From assembly GCA_963788925.1 (NCBI GenBank), contig CAWBIH010000002.1, forward strand, positions 664,115 to 728,114: DNA of 64,000 nucleotides. The letters run 5' to 3'. Below are positions 48,461 through 58,467 of the stretch, in pieces. The notes below the pieces were generated by a model, which was given only the letters and a program-made list of their open reading frames with translations, had not been told where the DNA came from and ran no database searches. The stretch comes from an uncultured Actinomycetota bacterium. Its GTDB lineage: Bacteria; Actinomycetota; UBA4738; HRBIN12. How positions within the stretch are numbered: the first letter of the stretch is position 1; each line of letters begins with the position of its first letter. The position numbers were made by a program, and so were the translations under genes.

Positions 48461-49089
48461 CGGCCGTGAGTGAGTCTCGACCGAGGGTCGCGTTGACGTT
48501 CGACGCCGAGCATCCCGACCGTCCCGGCGCGAGCGCAGGGACGGTCGACCGCATCCTCTCGACACTTCGAGCGGCGGAAGCGCCCGCGACGTTCTTCGTC
48601 CAGGGACGCTGGTCACAGGCGGAGCCGACATCGGCTCGCCGGATCGCCGATGACGGCCACCTGATCGGCAACCACTCTCACTACCATTCGCGCATGACCC
48701 TGCTCTCCGATCGCGGGATCCGCACGGACGTGGAGGAAGCGGACGCGGCCGTGTCCGAAGCAACAGGCGGGCAGACCAGACCCTGGTTCCGATGCCCGTT
48801 CGGCGACGGGCACGACGATCCTCGGATCCTGGGCCTGCTCCGCGATCTCGGCTACCGGAACGTCCATTGGCACGTGGTGCTGGAGGACTGGGAGCCGTGG
48901 CGAGCCGCCGAAGACATCGCACGGGAAGCGATCGACGGCGCCGGACGCCACGGGGATGGAGCGGTGATCCTGCTCCACACGTGGCCGGACAAGACGGCGG
49001 ATGCACTTCCGACGATCGTCGACGGTCTCCGAACGGCGGGGTGCGACCTGGTTCGACTCGACGCGCTTCCCGAGGACGGCCTCCCATGA
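48457..49089 (+). CDS. Cytoplasmic polysaccharide deacetylase (CE4/NodB)
   Basis: VALTFD, ATFFVQG, IGNHSHYH, FRCPFG, GAVILLH; no signal peptide. Confidence 0.88.
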   Translation: MTAVSESRPRVALTFDAEHPDRPGASAGTVDRILSTLRAAEAPATFFVQGRWSQAEPTSARRIADDGHLIGNHSHYHSRMTLLSDRGIRTDVEEADAAVSEATGGQTRPWFRCPFGDGHDDPRILGLLRDLGYRNVHWHVVLEDWEPWRAAEDIAREAIDGAGRHGDGAVILLHTWPDKTADALPTIVDGLRTAGCDLVRLDALPEDGLP

Positions 49090-50105
49090 AGCGGCCCGCA
49101 CTGCTCGCGGTGGATGCCGGCGGCTCGAAGATCGACGCCGTGTTGCTCCGGCGGGACGGCAACGTTCTGGGCGCAGCACGCCGGAGAGGGCTGGATCACG
49201 ACGGGACCGGCCGGGAGAGCTTCCTCGAACGGGTCGCCGACGCGGTGGTCGCGGCATCCCGGGATGCGGGGTTCGAGCCCGATCACCAGCCGGTGGCGGA
49301 GCTCGGGATGTATTGCGTTGCCGGTGCCGACCTGCCGGCAGATGACCGTCGGATCGCACGGTGGTTCCGTCGGCGCGGCCTCACGGAAAGCGATGTGGTT
49401 CGCAACGACACGTTCGCCGTCCTCCGCGCCGGCACAGAGCGGACGTGGGGCGTCGCCGTGGTATGCGGATACGGGACCAACTGTTCGGCGGTCGCGCCCA
49501 ACGGCCGCACGTTCCGATTCCCGGCGTTCGGGGAGCTGTCGGGGGACTGGGGCGGGGGCCACGACATCGGGAGCGCCGCTCTTTGGCATTCGGTGCGGGC
49601 CGAAGACGGGCGGGGCGAGGCGACGACGCTTCGAACGCTCGTCCCACGGCACTTCGGCTTCACCCGCCCGAAGCAGCTGACCGAGGCGATGTACTTCGAT
49701 CGGATCGCGGAGCGACGCGTGGTCGAGCTCACACCGATCGTCTTCCGAGCGGCGGCGGCCGACGATGCCGTCGCGCGTTCGATCGTCGATCGGCAGGCGG
49801 ACGAGATCGTGCGCATGGCGGGGGTCGCCGTGCGGCGCCTCCGGATGACGCGGCTCGACGTGGACATCGTCCTCGGCGGCGGGATCTTCTCCTCCGGGGA
49901 CGAGGACTTCCTGGGCAGGATCGGCCGAGGACTGGCCGAGGTGGCCCGGCAGGCTCGGGTGCGGGTGCTCGACGTACCTCCGGTGGTGGGGGCGGCCCTG
50001 TTGGGCCTCGACACGATCGGGGCTCGGCCCGACGCCCAGCGCCGGGCGCGTACCGCACTCGTGAACACGCGGCTCGGCACACGTTCACAACGCGAGAGAG
50101 GATGA
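49086..50105 (+). CDS. BadF/BadG-type amino-sugar kinase (CsnK-like)
   Basis: [39 protein letters not shown]. Confidence 0.88.
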   Translation: MKRPALLAVDAGGSKIDAVLLRRDGNVLGAARRRGLDHDGTGRESFLERVADAVVAASRDAGFEPDHQPVAELGMYCVAGADLPADDRRIARWFRRRGLTESDVVRNDTFAVLRAGTERTWGVAVVCGYGTNCSAVAPNGRTFRFPAFGELSGDWGGGHDIGSAALWHSVRAEDGRGEATTLRTLVPRHFGFTRPKQLTEAMYFDRIAERRVVELTPIVFRAAAADDAVARSIVDRQADEIVRMAGVAVRRLRMTRLDVDIVLGGGIFSSGDEDFLGRIGRGLAEVARQARVRVLDVPPVVGAALLGLDTIGARPDAQRRARTALVNTRLGTRSQRERG

Positions 50106-50109
50106 CGGG

Positions 50110-51301
50110 ATGGCGAAGATCGTCTTCGAGGGAGTGACCAAGGAGTTCGGCGACGAGGTCATCGCCGTGGACGATCTCTCGCTCGAGATCGAGGACGGCG
50201 AGTTCATGGTCCTGGTGGGACCGTCCGGCTGCGGGAAGTCCACGATCCTGCGCATGCTCGCCGGGCTCGAGGAAGTCACCGCCGGGGAGATCTGGATCGA
50301 CGGCAAGCAGGTCACCGACCTTTCTCCCAAGGAGCGGGACATCGCGATGGTGTTCCAGAACTACGCCTTGTATCCGCACATGACGGTCGAGGAGAACATC
50401 GCGTTCGGCCTGAAACTCCGCCACGTGGCGAAGGACGAGCGCGGGCGGAAGGCTCGAGAAGTGGCGCAGGTGCTCGCGATCGAGCACCTCCTCGAGCGGA
50501 AGCCGGCGGCGCTCTCGGGCGGTCAGCGGCAGCGCGTGGCGATGGGGCGGGCGATGATCCGCGAACCCGTTGCCTTCCTGATGGACGAGCCGCTCTCCAA
50601 CCTGGACGCCAAGCTTCGGGTTCAGATGCGGGCGGAGCTCGCTCGTCTGCACGAGCGACTTCGGACCACCACCGTGTACGTCACCCACGACCAGGTGGAG
50701 GCGATGACACTCGGGGATCGTGTGGCCGTGCTGCGCGACGGTCTCCTCCAACAGGTCGATACGCCTCAGCGCCTGTTCGCTCGACCCGTGAATCTGTTCG
50801 TCGCCGCGTTCGTCGGGTCGCCGCCGATGAACCTGGTCGAAGGGACGGTCGAGGGCGGCGCGGTCTCCTTCGCGGGCTTCCGGCTTCCCCTCGGCGAGCG
50901 AACGAACCTGTCGGGCGACGAGGGACGGACACGTGATCGTCGGCATCCGGCCGTCCGATCTCGAGGATGCGGATGTGTGGGCCACGAGCGATGCGACGAT
51001 CCTCGAAGTCGAGGTCGACATCACCGAGGAGCTCGGCTCCGAGGTGAACGTGTTGTTCACGGTCGACGCCCCTCCCGTGACGTCCGAGGAAGCGCTCGCG
51101 GCAGCGAGCGACGAAGGGGCGGAGGACATCCTCCCTCTGATCACGGAGCGGGCGCAGTTCTGCGCGAGGGTCGACGCACGGACGCGTGCCAAGCCGGGCG
51201 AACGGGTGCGGCTGGCGGTGGATCCCAGCCGGTTGCACTTCTTCGAGCCGGACACAGGGCTGGCCATCTCCAGCGAACGCACGGTTCCCGCGACGGCCTG
51301 A
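50110..51301 (+). CDS. Sugar ABC transporter ATPase (MsiK/MalK-like), frameshift near 50930
   Basis: [33 protein letters not shown]; TOBE part in frame 50933..51301. Confidence 0.92.
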
Positions 51302-51306
51302 CCCGA

Positions 51307-52572
51307 TTACGTATCCGGGACGAGGCTCGAAGCGGGAGCCCCGGTCGTCTCCGGAGCTGCGGTCGCCCGCGCGTGGCGGAACGCGAACGCCCATGCGATC
51401 AGGTTGGCCGGATACACGAGGTACCCGATGCGGGCGGCCGGGGCGACCGCGCACGCGAAGAGGAAGGCGCCCCCGGCGCGCGTGCATGCCTGAGCCATCG
51501 AGCTTCCCCGTCCGGAGAGCAGCAGGAGAGCCACCACGCCGAGGATCAGCAGAACCAAGAGCACGGTGATGACCCCGCGCTGGGACGGGAACAGATCGAG
51601 GAGCAAAGAGCCGACGGTCGGCGTGTCGGCCGGGCTCGGGCCATGGCCGGCGCCGAGTGGGAACAGGACCGTGTCTTCGACGAACGCCCGCACGTCCCAG
51701 AGCGCGAAGGGAAGGGTGAGCCCCAGGCCGACGAGACCGGTCGTCACGAGGAACCGACGCCGCCCACGCCGATCGGATACCGCGAGCGCGAGGAAGGGCA
51801 GGATGAGCAGCGAGGTCTGTTTCGTCGCGAGCGCCAACCCTCCCAAGAGCCCCGCGCCCCTCGCTTCACCCCGCTCCGCGAGCACGGCGGTCGCGAGGAG
51901 CAGCGCGAGCACGGGGATATCGACACCGCCGGTCGCGAGGAGCAGGGCTCCCGTGGGGAGGGCGAACAGAACCTGGAAGGTTCGGAGTCGTCCTTGGGCG
52001 CGGGTGTGCATCCGGAGCAGGCTCGCGAGCGCCACCGAGAGGGAGAAGATCGTGAACCAGACGCGAGCATCCGCCCAGGGAGCATGTCCCGCCAACGCCC
52101 GAGGGATGCCGAACACGAGCATGAAGGGCATGTAGGGGAAGTGCACTCGCGTGGCAAGCGGTCGGTCTGAGAGCGGACCGGCGAGATACTCCTTCGCGTA
52201 CGGATCGCGTCCGTCGAACATCGCGTCGGCTCCCTCTTCGACGATGATCACTTCGGACTGCGCATGGTCGCCCGGGTCGCCTTCTGCGCGAAGGTGCGCC
52301 GCGATGACGAGCGGCACCACGGCCGTCGCTGCGAAGACGGCGACGGCGAGGAGGGCGCGGGATCGCTCATCGTGACCCGCGCGACGGTGTCGCAGCGACG
52401 CGGTGACCGCCACCGCGGTCGCACCGAGGTATCCCCACAGAGCGGTGTGCCCCCATGTGCGCTGCAAGGGGATCCCGGCGGCGCCCGCCGCGATGGCGGC
52501 GAACGACGCGGACAACCCGTAGAGCGAAGCGTCGAGCAGCCATCGCTTGCCCGAGGGACTGAGGGTTCTCAC
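51307..52572 (-). CDS. GT-C (GT87-like) membrane glycosyltransferase
   Basis: QSEV..VE, GRDPY, HFPYMP, DARVWF, GGVDIP, ALATKQ; multiple TMs. Confidence 0.8.
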   Translation of the reverse strand: MRTLSPSGKRWLLDASLYGLSASFAAIAAGAAGIPLQRTWGHTALWGYLGATAVAVTASLRHRRAGHDERSRALLAVAVFAATAVVPLVIAAHLRAEGDPGDHAQSEVIIVEEGADAMFDGRDPYAKEYLAGPLSDRPLATRVHFPYMPFMLVFGIPRALAGHAPWADARVWFTIFSLSVALASLLRMHTRAQGRLRTFQVLFALPTGALLLATGGVDIPVLALLLATAVLAERGEARGAGLLGGLALATKQTSLLILPFLALAVSDRRGRRRFLVTTGLVGLGLTLPFALWDVRAFVEDTVLFPLGAGHGPSPADTPTVGSLLLDLFPSQRGVITVLLVLLILGVVALLLLSGRGSSMAQACTRAGGAFLFACAVAPAARIGYLVYPANLIAWAFAFRHARATAAPETTGAPASSLVPDT

Positions 52573-52724
52573 GACCCGGAATGTAGGGCTGAACCGGCCG
52601 AAACCCAAGAGGAAGGGTGCTCGTCCGAGTGGGCAACATCGTTCATCGCGTTGCCGGCCAACGTCCGAGTCTCGGGGTCGAGCGCGGTCGTGCGATGATG
52701 GCCGACCGTCCGACGGGGGGGCAG

Positions 52725-54767
52725 ATGGGCTCGAAGGTCATCGCGGTCGACGTGGGTGGCACGTTCATCGATGTCGTTTCGATCGATCGCGAGACGGGCG
52801 AGGTCTCGGTCGACAAGCAACCTGCGACGCCTGATCGGCTCGCAGCCGAGCTGTTGACCGCGCTCGAGCGGCTACCCGGGACGGCTGCCGAGATCGAACG
52901 CTTCCTTCATGGATCGACGGTGGCGATCAACGCCCTCCTGCAGCGGAAGGGCGCGACGGTCGGGCTCATCACGACCCGAGGGTTCCGCGACGTCCTCGAG
53001 CTGGCGCGAGGCAACCGCCCCTTCATCTATGACTGGGTCTGGGTGCCGCCCGAGCCGCTCGTTCCTCGCGGCCTTCGCCGCGAGGTCACCGAGCGGCTCG
53101 GGCCACGGGGAGAGGAGATCGCGCCGCTCGACCTCGCGGGCCTCGCCCGCGAGGTCGACGCCCTCGTCGCCGAAGGCGTCGAGGCGATCGCCGTGTGCTT
53201 CCTGCACGCCTACGCGAACCCGAAGCACGAACGGGAGGCGGCGGAGGCGATCGCGCGTCGGCATCCGGATCTCTCGGTGACCCTGTCGTCGGCGATCGCG
53301 GCCGAATGGCACGAGTACGAGCGGACGTCGACCGCGGTGATCAACGCCTACGTCCAGCCGCTGTTCGAGACGTACCTGGGAACCCTCCGCGAGCGACTCG
53401 CGGCTGCCGGCATGGGGGCTGCGATCGGCGTGATGCAGTCGAACGGCGGCGTGATGGGCCCGGATCGGGCGCTCGAGCTGCCGGTGCGGACCCTCTCTTC
53501 CGGGCCTGCCGGCGGCGTGATCGGAGTCGCCGCGCTCGCTGGTCGGCTCGGGCATCCCGACGCGATCTGCACCGACGTGGGAGGCACGACCTACGACGTG
53601 GCGATCATCGAGGGTGGTCGTGTCCAGGAGCGCACCGAGACCGAGATCGCCGGGCTGCCCGTGCTCGCCCCGACCGTGGATGTGGCCTCGATCGGTGCGG
53701 GCGGTGGCTCGGTCGCGTGGATCGACGAGATGCGTTCCCTCCGCGTCGGGCCGAAGAGCGCCGGCGCGAGACCGGGCCCCGCCTGCTTCGGCTTCGGCGG
53801 CCAGGAGCCGACCGTCACCGACTGCCATCTGATCCTCGGACGACTGGATCCCGGGCGTTTCCTGGGCTCGAGGATGCACCTCGACGTGGAGGCGGCGGAA
53901 CGGGCCATCGCCGACCGGGTCGCGACACCCCTCGCGATGCGCCTCGATGAGGCTGCAGAAGGTGTGCTGCGGATCGTCGAGACCTCGATGGCCAACGCGA
54001 TCCACTCGATGACGGTGGAGCGTGGGATCGATCCCCGAGCGTTCGCCCTCTACGCCTACGGCGGTGGCGGAGGGCTGTTCGCCGCCGCCACCGCCACCGA
54101 GCTCGACATCGACACGATCGTCGTGCCTCGCGAGCCGGCCACCTTCTCCGCGTGGGGCATCCTTGCGTCGGAGTACCGGGAGGACGTCTCGACGACGCGG
54201 GTCCTCCGTCTCGACGACGACGCCATGCGAAGTTCGGTCGCCGAGCTCGGCTCGCTCGGCGCCGAGGTCGTGGAACGGCTGAAGCACCTCGGGTTCGCGG
54301 GCGAACGGGTCGAGGTCGAACGTCGCGCGGACCTCCGCTTCGAGGGGCAGGAGCACACCGTCACGGTCGACCTGGACGCGGGGTGGGGGTCGGGCGACGT
54401 CGCGGCGCTCCGCGCCGCGTTCGTCGCCCGACACCGCCGCCTCTACGGGCATGGCGATCCCGAGGCCGTCGTCGAGCTGGTCACCGTCCGCTGTCGCGGG
54501 ATCGTTCCCGCCGAGGAACCTCGATGGCCTCCCTGGACGGTCACGTCGAACGCCTCGCCGAGAGCCGAGCGACCCGTGTTCTTCCGGGAGGCGGGCGCAA
54601 CGGTGTCCACGGCGATCTACGACCGCGACTCGCTCGCCGTGGATCAGCCGGTCATCGGCCCCGCCATCGTCGAGGAGTGGACCTCGACGACGCTCGTCCC
54701 GCCCGGCTGGATCGCGCGGACGGAGCCGCTGGGCAACCTGGTGCTGGCGCGAACGGCCGACTCATGA
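52725..54767 (+). CDS. Hydantoinase A / 5-oxoprolinase ATP-binding subunit
   Basis: VDVGGTF, HGSTVA.N, EYERTST..NAY, SGPAGG, IGAGGGS, PTVTD. Confidence 0.93.
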   Translation: MGSKVIAVDVGGTFIDVVSIDRETGEVSVDKQPATPDRLAAELLTALERLPGTAAEIERFLHGSTVAINALLQRKGATVGLITTRGFRDVLELARGNRPFIYDWVWVPPEPLVPRGLRREVTERLGPRGEEIAPLDLAGLAREVDALVAEGVEAIAVCFLHAYANPKHEREAAEAIARRHPDLSVTLSSAIAAEWHEYERTSTAVINAYVQPLFETYLGTLRERLAAAGMGAAIGVMQSNGGVMGPDRALELPVRTLSSGPAGGVIGVAALAGRLGHPDAICTDVGGTTYDVAIIEGGRVQERTETEIAGLPVLAPTVDVASIGAGGGSVAWIDEMRSLRVGPKSAGARPGPACFGFGGQEPTVTDCHLILGRLDPGRFLGSRMHLDVEAAERAIADRVATPLAMRLDEAAEGVLRIVETSMANAIHSMTVERGIDPRAFALYAYGGGGGLFAAATATELDIDTIVVPREPATFSAWGILASEYREDVSTTRVLRLDDDAMRSSVAELGSLGAEVVERLKHLGFAGERVEVERRADLRFEGQEHTVTVDLDAGWGSGDVAALRAAFVARHRRLYGHGDPEAVVELVTVRCRGIVPAEEPRWPPWTVTSNASPRAERPVFFREAGATVSTAIYDRDSLAVDQPVIGPAIVEEWTSTTLVPPGWIARTEPLGNLVLARTADS

Positions 54768-56359
54768 CGGCGACCGACCCCGTCACGATCGAAGTGATCA
54801 GGGGCGGCTTGACGGCGGCCGCTCTCGAGATGAATCGCACCCTGGTCCGAACCGCGCACAATCCGCTCCTCTACGAAGTGCAGGACTTCGGCCTCGGGAT
54901 CGTCGGTGCCGACGGGCGTCTGTGGGCAGAGGCACCAGGGATCGCCGGGTTCATCAGCGCGCTCTCCGACACCATCCGGTCCGGGATCGAGACCCACGGC
55001 CCCGACGGATTCCTCGAGGGCGACGTGCTGATCGTGAACGACCCCTTCCTGACCGGCACCCACATCTCCGATACGTCGGTGTATGCACCCGTCTTCCACG
55101 ACGGCGCTCTGATCGCGTTCGCCATCGTGACCGCTCACTGGGCCGACATCGGAGGGAAGAGTCCCGGCGGGTGGGCGCCCGACACGACCGACGTCTACCA
55201 GGAAGGCATCTGCTTCACCCATCAGCGGTTGGTACGCGCCGGCGAGGCGAACGACGAGCTGATGCGCTTCATCGAGACCAACGTCCGCGTGCCGGACCTG
55301 GTGCGCGGCGATCTGGCCGCGCAGATGGCGTCGTGCCGACGCGGGATCGAGCGCGTCCAACACCTCTGCGATCGCTACGGGGCGGGAACGGTCATCGACG
55401 CGATCGATGGGATCATCGAGCGGACCGGCGCCGCCATGCGGACGCGGATCGCCGAGCTGCCGGACGGCCGATACGAGGCGAGCGTGGAGCTCGACCACGA
55501 CGGCGTCGATCGCACGAAGCGCCAGCGGGTCGCGGTGCAGATCGAGATCGCCGGCGAGATCTTGCGCGTGACGTTCGACGGAACGAGTCCCACCGCCGTC
55601 GGTCCGATCAACGATCCGGGTGCACGATGCGACGTTCGCTGTGCGCTGAAGGGTCTGCTCGCCCCGTACGACGTCGGGAACGAAGGGCACGTGACGGCCT
55701 TCGACTTCGATGTGGAGCCCGGCCTGCTGGTGAGTCCCGAGCGGCCCGCGCCGGTCGATTCCTACGGGTATGTGGGCGTGGCGTTGATCGAGCTCGTGAT
55801 CCGTGCGCTGGCGCCCATCCTTCCGGATCGCGCGCCCGCCGGGGGCTATCAGATCTTCGGCGTCGACCTCTACCGGGTCGATGCTCGTGACGGCGAGCCC
55901 TTCGTGTTCACGGACGTTCACCCCGGTGGGGCGGGCGCGCGGCCGGATCACGACGGTCCCGCGCTGATCTTCGTCGGAGACGGAGATACCAGGAACACCC
56001 CCGTCGAGGTGATCGAGACCCGCTACCCGCTCCGGATGGAACGACACGAGCTGTTGCCCGAGTTCGGAGGCTCCGGCCGCCGCCGGGGCGGGGCCGGCGT
56101 CGCTCGCGACTTCCGGATCCTGGAGCCCGGGATCCAGATGCAGTACACGGTGGAGAACACATGTGACCCCTTGGCCAAGGGTCTCGCCGGGGGTGAGGAC
56201 GGTGCGCCGGGCGTCCTCGTGGTGAACCCCGGCACCGAGCGGGAGGTCGTGATGACCGACCGCGTCACCGCGTACGGCCCGATCGAGGTTGGGGATCTCC
56301 TCAGCGTTCGGTCGGGCGGCGGCGGAGGGTTCGGTCGACCGGACGAGGAGGCGACCTAG
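54764..56359 (+). CDS. Hydantoinase B / 5-oxoprolinase subunit
   Basis: NDPFLTGTHISD, HWADIGG, NTPVEVIE, GGGGFG. Confidence 0.93.
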   Translation: MTATDPVTIEVIRGGLTAAALEMNRTLVRTAHNPLLYEVQDFGLGIVGADGRLWAEAPGIAGFISALSDTIRSGIETHGPDGFLEGDVLIVNDPFLTGTHISDTSVYAPVFHDGALIAFAIVTAHWADIGGKSPGGWAPDTTDVYQEGICFTHQRLVRAGEANDELMRFIETNVRVPDLVRGDLAAQMASCRRGIERVQHLCDRYGAGTVIDAIDGIIERTGAAMRTRIAELPDGRYEASVELDHDGVDRTKRQRVAVQIEIAGEILRVTFDGTSPTAVGPINDPGARCDVRCALKGLLAPYDVGNEGHVTAFDFDVEPGLLVSPERPAPVDSYGYVGVALIELVIRALAPILPDRAPAGGYQIFGVDLYRVDARDGEPFVFTDVHPGGAGARPDHDGPALIFVGDGDTRNTPVEVIETRYPLRMERHELLPEFGGSGRRRGGAGVARDFRILEPGIQMQYTVENTCDPLAKGLAGGEDGAPGVLVVNPGTEREVVMTDRVTAYGPIEVGDLLSVRSGGGGGFGRPDEEAT

Positions 56360-56459
56360 TCCGGTCGCGGGATCAGGCTCACCGTCGCTCTTGTTGTCCC
56401 TCGGACCCGTGGTTCCTCTGCGAAGATTCCGTCGAGTACGACGGGGAGATCGGGTCCGC

Positions 56460-57242
56460 ATGGAGATCACGGCGAAGCGCACGGCCTTCTTCCCGCGCGA
56501 GCGGGTAGAGCTCACCGCGGTCTCCGACGATCCCAGCGGTGTCCGGTGGTCGGTCGGCGGGATCCCTGCCTCGAGAACGGGCCCGCGCTTCCGAGCGAGA
56601 TTCCCGCAAGGCGGCACGTACACGGTCGAAGCCCGATCGAACGAAGAGGTCGCGCAGATCGAGATCACGGTGTGCCCCGTGGACGAGTGGCTCGCGCGGG
56701 CACAGGGATTCTTCGGACCCTCACTCGACCTCAGCCAGGTGAAGGTGACCGCGAGTCCGTGGGTGTGGGGACGCCGAGGGTCCGCCTGGACTTGCAACAG
56801 GGTCGTTCGGTTCAGGCGACCGGTCCGAGCCGAAGATCTTCCGTCCGAAGCCACACTGATCCACGAGCTGGCGCACGTATGGGAACACCGAGCCGGCCAG
56901 GCACAGGTCCTCTCCGGTCTCTTCGAACAGGTGCGATCGCGGTTCGGACGTGACCCCTACGACTTCGGCGGTCCGGACGGTCTCCGCGACGCGAACGTCC
57001 TCACTCGGTTCACGAAGGAGGGTCAGGCTCAGATCGTCACCGAGCTCTGGAAAGCGCAGGAGGGGTATCGAACCGATCGCAAGAAGGTGCCGCTGACGAC
57101 TCCGGGGTACGTGGATGACCTGCGTCGTCTGGTTCAGGGCGCCGGGATCGGCACGTCGGATCCCATCCGGCGAACGTTCGCCGGTGTGCTTGATTCCGGG
57201 ACGGCCACGCTCGTGAACCTCATCCTCACGATGTTCGAGTGA
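56460..57242 (+). CDS. Hypothetical protein: PKD/Ig-like region + DUF4157-like HExxH domain (start uncertain, GTG 56409 possible)
   Basis: GGTYTVEA; FFGPSLDLSQVKV, TLIHELAHVWEH, EGQAQIV. Confidence 0.65.
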   Translation: MEITAKRTAFFPRERVELTAVSDDPSGVRWSVGGIPASRTGPRFRARFPQGGTYTVEARSNEEVAQIEITVCPVDEWLARAQGFFGPSLDLSQVKVTASPWVWGRRGSAWTCNRVVRFRRPVRAEDLPSEATLIHELAHVWEHRAGQAQVLSGLFEQVRSRFGRDPYDFGGPDGLRDANVLTRFTKEGQAQIVTELWKAQEGYRTDRKKVPLTTPGYVDDLRRLVQGAGIGTSDPIRRTFAGVLDSGTATLVNLILTMFE

Positions 57243-58467
57243 GGGCGGCGTCTCCGAAGGGGCGATGGCGCATGGGCCATTCCCACGTCCCGTTCACCAA
57301 CGCGGGGATCGGCCCCGGCCGACCGAGCAAGAATCCCTGTCCGGTCCCGACGTCGAGCGCACGGAGGGTCTCGAGTTCCGCTTCGGTCTCGATGCCTTCG
57401 GCGACGACTTCCATCCCGACCTCGTCGGCGAACGATGTCAGACGTGTGATGAGGCCGCTCTTCGTCGTGTCGGAGTCGACCCCGGCGACGAGGCTCCGGT
57501 CGAACTTCAGGAGATCCGGCGAGAGCTCGACGAGATGCCCGAGCCCGGAGAACCCCTTGCCCACGTCGTCGACCGCCAGTCGGGCCCCCAGCGTGCGGAG
57601 ATCGGCCAGCCACTCGCTCATCTCCGCGTAGTCAACGACCGGCGTCCGCTCGGTGAGCTCCAGCACGACCCGCGACGCGGGGATCGCCTGCAGCATCTCG
57701 AGCAGGCGAGGTTCGCAGAGCGTTTCGGTCGACACGTTTACGGAGAGATAGACGTCTTCCGGGATCTCATCCAAGTGCTCGAGTGCCCGAGAGGCGGCTG
57801 CGAGCTCAAGCTGCGTGAGCAACCCTTGCCTCGCCGCTTCGACGAACCACGTTTCGGGGGATCGCCGAGGTCTCGTCATGAACCGGGTCAGGGCTTCCAC
57901 CCCGCGGATCGCGCCGTGGTCGAGCTCGACGATGGGCTGGAACACGGTCTCGAGCAGATCACCATGGATCGCTTCCTCGATCCGTTCCCTGGAGACGGGG
58001 GCTCGCTCGGATCTCGGTTCGACCTGACGCGATTGGTGTTCGGTCAAGCGCTCCGCCACCTCGCCGAGGCGATCGACCGAGATGCTGGATCGCCCGTCGG
58101 CGGATCGATGGATCGCACGCAGAACCTCATCCCCAGATTGATCCTTCCCGACGTATCCCACGGCGCCCGCGCGGACCATCGAGACGACCGTTCTCGGGTC
58201 GGTGCTCGCCGACAATGCGACGATCTGGGTCTCGGGGGAGCGCAGGCGGATCTCTCGGGCGGCTCGGCTGCCTCCGCCACCGGGCATCCTCACGTCGAGG
58301 AGGGCCACGTCGGGGAGATGGAGCTCGGCGAGGTCGATCGCCTCGCCCGCGTCTTTCGCGGTTCCGACCAGGTCGATCAACGGGTCCGTCGAAACGAGCT
58401 GCGTCATCGCTTCGATGACCTGGCCCTCATCGTCTGCAAGCATCAGTCGGATGCGTCCCACCGTCAT
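57226..58467 (-). CDS. Response regulator REC + EAL c-di-GMP phosphodiesterase (catalytic motifs intact)
   Basis: LADDE, LLDVRMP; FQPIV, EALTR, SVNVS, ELTE, DDVGKG, KFD, AEGIE, GQG. Confidence 0.92.
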   Translation of the reverse strand: MTVGRIRLMLADDEGQVIEAMTQLVSTDPLIDLVGTAKDAGEAIDLAELHLPDVALLDVRMPGGGGSRAAREIRLRSPETQIVALSASTDPRTVVSMVRAGAVGYVGKDQSGDEVLRAIHRSADGRSSISVDRLGEVAERLTEHQSRQVEPRSERAPVSRERIEEAIHGDLLETVFQPIVELDHGAIRGVEALTRFMTRPRRSPETWFVEAARQGLLTQLELAAASRALEHLDEIPEDVYLSVNVSTETLCEPRLLEMLQAIPASRVVLELTERTPVVDYAEMSEWLADLRTLGARLAVDDVGKGFSGLGHLVELSPDLLKFDRSLVAGVDSDTTKSGLITRLTSFADEVGMEVVAEGIETEAELETLRALDVGTGQGFLLGRPGPIPALVNGTWEWPMRHRPFGDAALTRTS

